A stretch of 64,000 nucleotides of DNA, taken from the NCBI RefSeq assembly GCF_006345805.1, contig NC_043003.1, positions 83,452,001-83,516,000 of the forward strand, read 5' to 3'. Made by a program: the position numbers and the translations under genes. Source of the stretch: Octopus sinensis (taxonomy: Eukaryota). The notes beneath the pieces were generated by a model that was not told the DNA's origin, did no database searches, and saw only the letters and a list, made by a program, of their open reading frames with translations. Each line of letters opens with the position of its first letter. Position 1 is the first letter of the stretch. This document shows, piece by piece, positions 53,877-64,000 of the stretch.

Positions 53877-55559
53877 ATGTATGTATATATATATATGTAT
53901 ATATTTATATATTTATATATTTATATATATATAACACATAAAGATTATATTTTTATAGACTTCTAATACGAAGAATTATTTGTTTGCATTTATGCTTACA
54001 TTTTAAGAACTTGTTTTTTGTAAACCCTTTTAAAAAAAAAATAATAATAATAATAATAATAATAAGTAAAAATACAATATTATATTAAACCTTCAGCTGG
54101 TTTATTTCCCAAATCTTCCCTGTCAATTACTTACTCGTTAACAATATAGAAATACCACTTATATTTCAACACTTCGATTTTGATATTTTTCTCGAAAAAA
54201 AATACTCTTTTAATAAAAAATATAAATTGTTGAGAAACAAGTTAAAAACATACAAAAACTACTTCAAAAATCAGAGAAAGTATTTTCAGAGATAACTTTT
54301 ACCCACTCGTTGTTGGAAAAGATGGGTCTCTTCTGTTTTTACCTTTTTGTTTTGCTTTATTGTTTGTTTGATGTTTGGTTTGCTTTTGTTTGTTTGTTTG
54401 TTTTTTTTTCTTGTAATTGATTTGTGCAAACGTTTATTCCATTCTCGGCAATGAATATGTTTCGGAAATAAAACACAATATTTTATATTGCCTGGATTTC
54501 TATTTTACTCGCAATATTTCTTATTTTTAACACCACTTTAATAAATCTCCCCAGGATATGGAATTTGCAAATGCTAAATATCAATTGAGGACGATGACGA
54601 TGTCGTCGATGGTGGCAACAACGATGGTGCTAAGACAACGACGTCAGCAGCGATATTTTTATTGTTATATTTTATGAAAATATCTGAGTTTTACGAAGAG
54701 TTAACTGCTGTCGTTATACCTGACAGTTGTAGTTAAAAGCAATATAGCTTCCTAATGTAGTAAAGACTCTAATTATTGAAGGTTTTGATTTCATTTTATC
54801 ATATTTTTATCTTGTTGTCGTCGTACTAACTCAGCTATAGTTTCCATACAGTACAAGCAAATGTCAGGCTGTATTGGCTACTAGAATATATCTCAATGGT
54901 GCATTCTGCAAGGAAAACTTATAGTTAAACACATGTTTAACTACTTATACTTATAGCAACGAATGGCGGATGTAGCTTTTAATCAAAGGAAATGATAAGC
55001 TACAACAAAATAATCTCAGAAGAGAGATAACTCACTATATTTTCGATCAAAGAAAAATAAAAAGCTAGAGAAGATGGGAAGCAAAGTAATTTTGATAGTC
55101 GGCAACTGTAGCAACAATTCTGGACAGATTTCGGTCTTGTTAGCTTTCCTCAGATATATATTATCTATTCATTGTTATATACGATCTTTCAGAATAATAT
55201 ATACTGTACTATACAATATATTTGTAGATTTTACACTAATATTGCATATATAGACAAGTGTTAATACCTTGCTTTTATAGAATATACTCTAAATTCTAAA
55301 ACACGATCGAAACTATTCCGGTTAATCCATTTTTACAGTCTATGAACATATTTTATATAAAGATGAGGTGTTTACATCAATTTGTGCTGAGTGTTATTCG
55401 AAAATATATAAATAAAGTCTTTAATATAATGTTGCATTGAAACAAAACGCTATTAGCGAATCAGTAATGTATTAATCGAACTAGTGAACAAGAATGCTTC
55501 ATAGGCAAATGCCCACGCATGCCTATTAGTTTACCAAATCCAAGATAAGAATAAATCAC

Positions 55560-57010
55560 ATACTTTGTGTGTATGACCTCAAGCTATATACAAAAGAAAA
55601 TGAGATAGACTAAGACTGTTTGATCCAAACAGCGAGAGTATTCAGTAAAGATACTGGAATGTAGCTTAGGCTAAATAAGTGCGAAGTACTAATTATAAAA
55701 ACAGCTGGAAGATAAACTCTGATGGCATAAAATTACTACAAGACAACATCATATCATTGCTTTGGTATAATGAGGGTACAAATATATAGGAGTATTGAAA
55801 GACAACAGGATAATGGAAAGAGAAATGAGAGAGAAAATCACTAAACAATACAAGAGAAGAATTAGGAAGATGTTCGAAACAAAATTAAATGGAGGGAACA
55901 TCATTACAGCCATAAATACATGGGTTATGCTCATATTGAGAGATTCTGCTCCGTCTCTGAAATTGGCAACGATCGAGCAATATAACTCGGATAAATGAAC
56001 TAGAAAACAGCGCACAATGCACAACGCATTCCAGTCTAAAAGCAATTCAGATCGACTCTACTAGCCAAGAAAGAAAGTGGAGGTGCCAGAGGATTACTAA
56101 AAGCAGAAGACAATGTTAATATTGCGGTGCTAGGTCTCAACAACTGTTGTGCAAAGTAAAGAAATTATACTGTCGACAGCCAAAGATAACCAAAAAGTGA
56201 CTGAAACAGTAGGAGAATTCAAAGAGAAAAGGAAGAAGAACAGAACAAACTGGAAAGAAGTGAAACTACATGGCCTATTCATACAACAAACCAAGAATAT
56301 TGGAAGTAAAGATCGCTGGCTGTGGCTGATGGACAGGAACTTCAAACGAGATACAGAAATGCTAATTATAGCCACTCAGGAACAAGCTCTTAGAAAAAAT
56401 CTGATAAAGGCTTAAATGTACAAAACTCAGTCAGACAGCAAATATAGAGTCTGTAGGAAAGGATAGAATCAATCACTTTTTGAGTGAGTGTAGTATACTA
56501 GCACAAAAAGAGTATAAGCGCAGAAATGACTGTATAGGCAAAAAAGTGTATTAGGATTTTAGCCGGTTGTGTGACTTCAAAAGAACAGAAATGTGATAAA
56601 CCGGAGGCTGTGATAAAGAAAAATGAGAATTACAAGATCTTGTGTGATTTCTCTTTAAAAAACTGGCGATGCTATTGGAGCAAGAATGCCGGATATGATT
56701 ATATAGGACAAAATAAACAGAGTAAGATCATAGATTTTGCAATACCCTATGGATAGAAGAGTCGATAGTAAAGAAATTTTTTAAATCGATAAGTATCAAG
56801 ATCTACCCAGATAGTTGAGGAGACTGTGGAAGACTAAGGCAACAATTATTCCTGTAGTAACTGGTGTACTTGACACATCTAAAATGCAACCTAAAAGCCT
56901 GTAAGAAATTGGAATTGAAACTCGCACGGCCGAAACGCCCCATCCTATACTCTGCAAGGTTCCTTAGGAATATTCTTGAGATTTATTAGACTTGTCACCA
57001 GACATAAAAA
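55560..57010 (+). mobile_element. Decayed R4/Dong-type element, from RT core to RLE and 3' end
   Basis: DLKLYTK; LIQTARVFSKDTGM; KLNGGNIITAINTW; WKEVKLHG..RWLWL..QEQALRKN; IIDFAIP; DKYQDL..LRRLWK..IIPVVTGVL. Confidence 0.88.
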
Positions 57011-57039
57011 TAAAATATCTGTTAACAAATTAGCATGCA

Positions 57040-57040
57040 C

Positions 57041-57102
<62 letters not shown>

Positions 57103-57108
57103 TTGGTG

Positions 57109-57170
<62 letters not shown>

Positions 57171-57229
57171 TGCAGCAGTAGTAGTAGTAGTAGTTGTAGT
57201 AGTAGTAGTATAGTAGTAGTAGTAGCAGC

Positions 57230-57276
<47 letters not shown>

Positions 57277-57376
57277 CAGCAGCAGCAGCAGCAGCGGCAG
57301 CAGCGGCAGCAGCGGCAGCAGCGGCAGCAGCGGCAGCAGCGGCAGCAGCGGCAGCAGCGGCAGCAGCGGCAGCAGC

Positions 57377-57432
<56 letters not shown>

Positions 57433-57437
57433 CAGCA
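57040..57437. repeat. (TAG)n/(CAG)n/(GCAGCGGCA)n compound repeat
   Basis: Seen directly in sequence. Confidence 0.95.
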
Positions 57438-57630
57438 ATATAACAATAATTTTATTAGCCACAGGATTCCAAAAGTTGCAAAAATCTACGAAAATTCCAC
57501 TGTGGCTGGCAAAGAAACAAACGACGAATCGGAATGAAGAAAAACACAATTACAAATTACGAACGGAGGGGATAAGAAACTTAATACAATATATGTAAAA
57601 ACGTACTGAGAACTTTTAAGGTATACACAT

Positions 57631-57672
<42 letters not shown>

Positions 57673-57714
57673 ACATACAAACACACAGAAATATACTTCT
57701 AAATTCGCACGTTT

Positions 57715-57858
57715 TTTATTCTCTCTGTTTCTTTTCTCTTATTCCTTTCTGTTGAAGAGCGTAGGCTCGAAACGTAAAAGACTCGTTCACTTTCCCGAGC
57801 GTCAAACTCATAAACCTGTCTTCGTCTTTTGTTTTTCTGTAAATCTCAACTATAAGTA
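57715..57858 (+). mobile_element. Penelope-type pseudo-LTR-like repeat with hammerhead-like motif (57745-57780), copy 2
   Basis: CTTT-CTGTTGA-A-GAGC gtag GCTC-GAAAC-GTA-AAAG; homologous to 49835-50012. Confidence 0.65.
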
Positions 57859-58914
57859 TATTCTTTCTAGTACATTTTTAGAATTATTTCAGTACAGATA
57901 TGCATATATGTATGCGTGTGTGTATGTATACACACACACACACACACACACATATGCATATCTACACGGAAATAATTTTTTAACTGTACTAGAAAATATG
58001 CTGTTAAAAGACGATATAATCATGAAAGATTACTGGTTAGGTGGAGTTAGGGCACTCTACAACCCTCATAACTTGAGCATTTCTCAAATTCTATTCGAGT
58101 GCAACCAAATGCACCAGTTAGCATTCTTCAGACATTTGATGTTGAAAGATACTAACATCTTGAGATCATTCCTTTTAAAATTCGGTGTAAGTCTTAATTA
58201 TAATTGTACTTGTAATCTATCTTCTGTATGTTGTTTATCTTCTGAAGGTAACTGTTATTGTATTATTCTAACGTCTTCGGAAAGTCTGAAGTAACAGAAA
58301 TGCGTTAATTTTGTCTATTAACTGGTTGAGTTTCGAAGATCGGTAAATCCTAGTTCATCTCGGTCCTCTTTATTTTCTTCGTTATTTTCTCTGAGGAAGG
58401 ATTTTGTCGTTTAGAAGAAATAGTTCTTCTTCACCTATTTTACTTTGTATGTTTCTTGTTTTTGCCTTTTATGCTGATGTTTTTGTCCCTTCGTATTTTA
58501 AGCGAACGTTTAGAAATTTTCTTCTATAATTTTTATTTCCTCTTCGTCGTACGACGGAGGTTTACAACTACAGATGTTTGTAGATCTCTTTATGATATTT
58601 GGCCTAAAGATATTTCATTTGATATCCCCGAGTCTTGGTTGCTGGTGCTCTAGAAAATGTGGTTTGCTGTCCTTTTTTGTATTGGCTGTTGATTTTCATT
58701 GTTTTCTTTGTTTTTGTTTATTTATTTCAGTTCTGTCGGACATTCAGCTCTATGGCGTGCTTTACTCCGACAAATATAAACAACTAGACTTTCTATTCAC
58801 TTTCCTTAATTTTATGCCTTTGTCTCGGCGCCTTCGATTGAACAGAGTCCCGGTATGGCATTCAGGCATTCGGGTGTCGTTAAGACTTTGCATGTCCCGT
58901 TTGTCGCCCCTACA

Positions 58915-59153
58915 AAGAAGAAGAAGAAGAAGAGAAGAAGAAGAAGAAGAAGAAGAAGAAGAAGAAGAAGAAGAAGAAGAAGAAGAAGAAGAAGAAGAAG
59001 AAGAATTATAATAAATTTTTCCTGCTCTAAGCACAAGGCCTGAAATCTTGAGCGATGGGGGTTAGTCGATTACATCGACCCCAGTGCTCGACTGATACTT
59101 GTTTTAACGACTCCAGAAAGATAAAAGGTAAAGTTGACTTCGGCGGTATTGAG

Positions 59154-59221
<68 letters not shown>

Positions 59222-59294
59222 TAATAATAATAATAATAATGATAATAATAATAATAATATAATAATAATAATAATAATGATAATAATAATAATA

Positions 59295-59332
<38 letters not shown>

Positions 59333-59374
59333 TAATAATAATTGATGTTATTATCATCATCATCATCATCATCA

Positions 59375-59405
<31 letters not shown>
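58915..59405. repeat. (AAG)n, a partial minus-strand SINE D (about 59025-59152), then (AAT)n/(ATC)n
   Basis: Seen directly in sequence; SINE D motif GTCGATTACATCGACCCCAGT. Confidence 0.85.
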
Positions 59406-59406
<1 letters not shown>

Positions 59407-60121
59407 TTAGAAATCATTGACGTGATTTAATAAGCCAGAATTTGTTAAGAAGGAAGAATGCAAGGTGTTGTCCTGGCTGAGAGAGGGAATTCATTAAAAG
59501 AAATTGGTTCTTGATAATAATTCTTCGTCTGTTCCAAGTAAAATAATAAAAAATAAAGCGAAGTCGGCTCTAAATGAATTGTTATTGCATTAAGAACATC
59601 ATTTCAGACAATGAAGGGTAAGTGAGGATGGGAGAGGATGTGAGAGTGTGAGTATGAGAGAGAGGTAGAGTTTAAGACTGAGAGCGTGGGAGCGTGGGAG
59701 AGAGTGTATGAGACGTAGATAGGGAGATAGAGTTTGTGTGTGTGTGAGAAGGAGAGAAAGTGAAAGTGAAAGTGAAATAAAGTATGAGCGAAAGTAAAAG
59801 AGGGAGAGTGCGTTAAATGGTGTGACAGTGAGAAAGAAGAAATTAAGGCGAGGAGAAAGGGAGAAAAGACAGGAATATAGAGAGAAGAAAGAAAGCAGGG
59901 AAATGGAAAATCAGTGCTAGAGGGTAAGAGAGAGGAAACGTGGAGAGAGAGAGAGAGAGCGATAATGAGATAAAGGGGGAGAGAAAGAGAGAGAGAGAGA
60001 GTCAGTAATGAGACAGGAGAAAGTATAAGGGATGATGTGAGAGAAATAAGAAGAAAATTGAGAGTAAGAGAGAGCAAGAGGAAGAGCAGAGATTTGTGAG
60101 ATAGGAAAATAGCCGACGGCA

Positions 60122-60170
60122 ATAGAAGAAGAAGAAGAAGAAGAAGAAGAAGAAGAAGAAGAAGAAGAAG

Positions 60171-60205
<35 letters not shown>

Positions 60206-60960
60206 CGACGACGACGACGACGATGACGACGGCGGCAGCGGCGGCGGCGACAACGACTACTATTACTACTACAAGACTGAAAAAAAAGAGCGGGAGAAGA
60301 GGAGCAAAGGTTTGAACAAAGCTATGAGAGCGGTATGAAGAGGAATGGTGGTAAAAGGAAGAGGAGTAAATGACAAGAGTAGAAAAACGAATAGAATGGA
60401 GATAGGTGAAACTCAAAGAAGAAGAGAGAAACACACAGACGAGAGAGATACACACACAGAAAGAGAGAGACACATACAGAAAGAGAGAGACACACATGCA
60501 GAAAGAGAGAGACACACACAGAAAGAGAGACACACACACAGAAAGAGAGAGAGACACACACAGAAAAAGAGAGACACACACACAGAATGAGAGAGACACA
60601 CACACAGAAAGAGAGAGACACACAGAAAGAGAGAGACACACGCCGAAAGAGAGAGACACATACACAGAAAGAGAGAGAGAAACACACAGAAAGAGAGAGA
60701 CACACACACAGAAAGAGAGAGACACATAGAAGAGAGAGACACATAGAAAGAGAGAGACACACACACAGAAAGAGAGAGACACATAGAAAAAGAAAGAGAT
60801 ACACAGAAAGGGAGAGCGACACAGAAAGAAAGAGGGAGACAGAGATAAAGGAAGAGAGAGACAGAGATAAAAGAAGAGAGAGACAGATAAAGGAAGAGAG
60901 AGAGAGAGGAGTAAAACGTGAAAGCTGTGAAAAGAGTATAGAGAGAGAGAGAATAGAATG
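60122..60960. repeat. Trinucleotide series followed by an ~20-bp AG/AC compound minisatellite (CAGAAAGAGAGAGACACACA)
   Basis: Seen directly in sequence. Confidence 0.9.
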
Positions 60961-61348
60961 AAGTAAAAGAAAGTATTGAGAGACACAGGGAGACGGTGAG
61001 TGCGCGCGTGCGTGTGCATGTGTGTGTGTGTGTGTGTGTATGTGTGCGTGTGTGTGTGCGAATGAGAGAATGAGAGAGAAAGTTGAGGTCGAGAGAAAGA
61101 GCGAGTAAAACCAAGAAGACATGAAAAGAAGAACATTAACAATGCCCAATTTTTCTTAAGTTGATGAACTTCCGCCTGTATTGTTTGTTTTCTAATTAGT
61201 CTGTCTTTTAGCACTTGTTATTGTTTACATTATTGTTGTTATTGTTTACAATACTGTTATTGCTGGTGTATACATTAGCGTCGTTGTTTACACTGTTGTT
61301 ATTCTTATTGTTTACATAACTGTTCTGTACATCGTGGTTTTACTCTCT

Positions 61349-62037
<689 letters not shown>

Positions 62038-62060
62038 GTTGCTTCCATTACCCATTTTTA

Positions 62061-62273
62061 CCCTTTTACTTGTTTCAGTCATTTGACTGTGGCCATGCTG
62101 GAGCACCGTCTCTAGTCGAGCAAATCGACCCCAGGACTTATTCTTTGTAAGCCTAGTACTTATTCTATCGGTCTCTTTTTGCCGAACCGCTAAGTTATGG
62201 GAGAAGTAAACACACCAGCATCGGTTGTAAAGCGATGTCGGGGGGACAAACACAGATGCACAAACATATACAT

Positions 62274-62316
<43 letters not shown>

Positions 62317-62480
62317 CGACGGGCTTCTTTCAGTTTCCGTCTACCAAATCCACTCACAAGGCTTTGGTTGACTCAAGGCTATAGTAGAAGACACCTGCCC
62401 AAGGTGCCACGCAGTGGGACTGAACCCGGAACCATGTCGTTGGTAAGCAAGCTACTTACCACACAGCCACTCCTACGCCT
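62061..62480 (-). mobile_element. SINE family A, full length
   Basis: Reverse complement of 33273-33688. Confidence 0.9.
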
Positions 62481-62852
62481 GTTGTTTACATTGTTGTTAT
62501 AGTTTTCATGTTGTTGTATACGTCATTCTAGCTGGCATTGTTGTTGTTTTCATTATAGTAGCCGTTATTTACATTATTATTGTTGTATACATTATTGCTG
62601 TTGGTATTTACATTGTTTACATTTTATTTCATTATTATTGATGTCGTTTACATTATTATTATTATCATTGTTTACACTGTTATCGGTATTTACCTTATTG
62701 TTATTGTTGTCCTTAATGTAATAATTGTTGTTGTTGCTATATTGTTGTTATTGACCCTACTGTTGTTATTGTTGACGTCGTTGACCTTCTTCTCGCTGTT
62801 ACCATCATTGTTGACGTTTTTTTTTCTTTTTTTTGCTGATATTTTGTTTTCC

Positions 62853-62887
<35 letters not shown>

Positions 62888-63046
62888 CTCGTTCTTGCTC
62901 TTATTGTCTCTACATCTGCAACCTGCTACAATACAGCTGCTGCAAGTTTTCTTTGTGAATTTTATTTCTTTCTTCCTCTCAAGTTTGCTTCCTTATCTTC
63001 TTTCTTTACCTCCTTCTCTCTTTCTCCCTCTTTCTCTTTCTTTCCT

Positions 63047-63078
<32 letters not shown>

Positions 63079-63389
63079 CCTTCGTATTTCTTTTTCTTCT
63101 TTCTTCCATCTTTCCTCTTTTCTCTCTTTCCTTCCTTTTTTTATTTCTTCGTTCTTTCATTACCACCTTTCCTTCTTTCCATTCCTTTTTTCTTTCCGTC
63201 TTTTTTCTTTCTTCGAGTCTTTCCTCAATCTTTTCCTCTTTCTTCCTTTCTCTCTTTCTTCAGGTATTTTAATTTCTCTTGTCTTTCTTTTCCATTTCTT
63301 AATTTTCAACTGTAATCAATAAACAACACCGATGTCATTTATTGTTAGACACAAACACAGAAAAGAAGGAAAAAAAACAATAACAAAAA

Positions 63390-63581
<192 letters not shown>

Positions 63582-64000
63582 TGGAGTTTTAATTTATGAT
63601 ATTCAGCAATGAAATTGGTGGAATTTTAGGAGAGACATCACGGTGTGTTTCCTCGCTTTTTATGTTTGCTGTTGTTTGATTTTGTTTCATAGAAAGGATT
63701 GAGGTATATTTGATTTTTGTTTATTTATTATTATTTTTTCTCATTTTTTTTTTTTTTGCTTTTGTTTTGTTTTGGGGTGAGTTTGTGTTTTGAATTGTTT
63801 ATTTGTTTAATCCTTCATTTTCTTTATTAATTCGTCTTTTTTGTTTGTTTGTTTGCTTGATTTTTCATTTTTATTTTATATATTTTATATTTTTTCCTCC
63901 AATTTATTCACCGAGCAATTATTACTTCTCACTAATTTTTTTACCTTGATTATTTAGATTTGAACTTGTATTCCCGTCACTATTCTTCTTCTTCTTCTTC

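Noticed and set aside
56976-57549. poly-S/V/A and CCR-repeat ORFs
   Set aside because: (TAG)n/(CAG)n/(GCAGCGGCA)n repeats; no flanking coding context or splice support.
59604-61214. 536-aa minus ORF and overlapping long ORFs
   Set aside because: They are translations of stop-free AG/AC and trinucleotide repeats, with low-complexity L/S/V/C content and no domain.
62580-63272. 230-aa hydrophobic ORF
   Set aside because: Low-complexity TTG/CT-rich DNA starting at a non-ATG codon; no recognisable domain.

Overview
AT-rich eukaryotic DNA made almost entirely of microsatellites and transposable elements. The SINE families resemble those I recall from Octopus, so the species is an inference and was not searched. 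I found no confidently supported host protein-coding, rRNA or tRNA gene and no CRISPR array. Contents: a decayed RTE LINE (1-3415); a mariner with the catalytic core deleted (14071-14952); CR1-like and RTE fragments; a Penelope-like (GIY-YIG) fragment; many R4/Dong-type RLE non-LTR fragments stacked in (TAA)n tracts; several tRNA-derived SINE families; two MITEs; and a 670-bp near-perfect tandem duplication. The best-resolved element is a young, internally deleted Ty3/Gypsy LTR retrotransposon on the minus strand (40810-43628, AAGGG target-site duplication). Its primer-binding site is not the usual TGG tRNA 3'-end complement. It is the exact complement of nucleotides 1-12 of metazoan tRNA-Phe, which suggests priming by a tRNA 5' fragment; this is the top finding. 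Minimal Penelope-type hammerhead ribozyme motifs also occur: one with an intact core in a tRNA-headed composite element (30552-30597), two copies of an A6U core variant (49880, 57745) and one decayed copy (5450). A partial HDV-like fold is shared by two copies of a short repeat. Boundaries of decayed elements are approximate, and family assignments come from motif recognition by eye.
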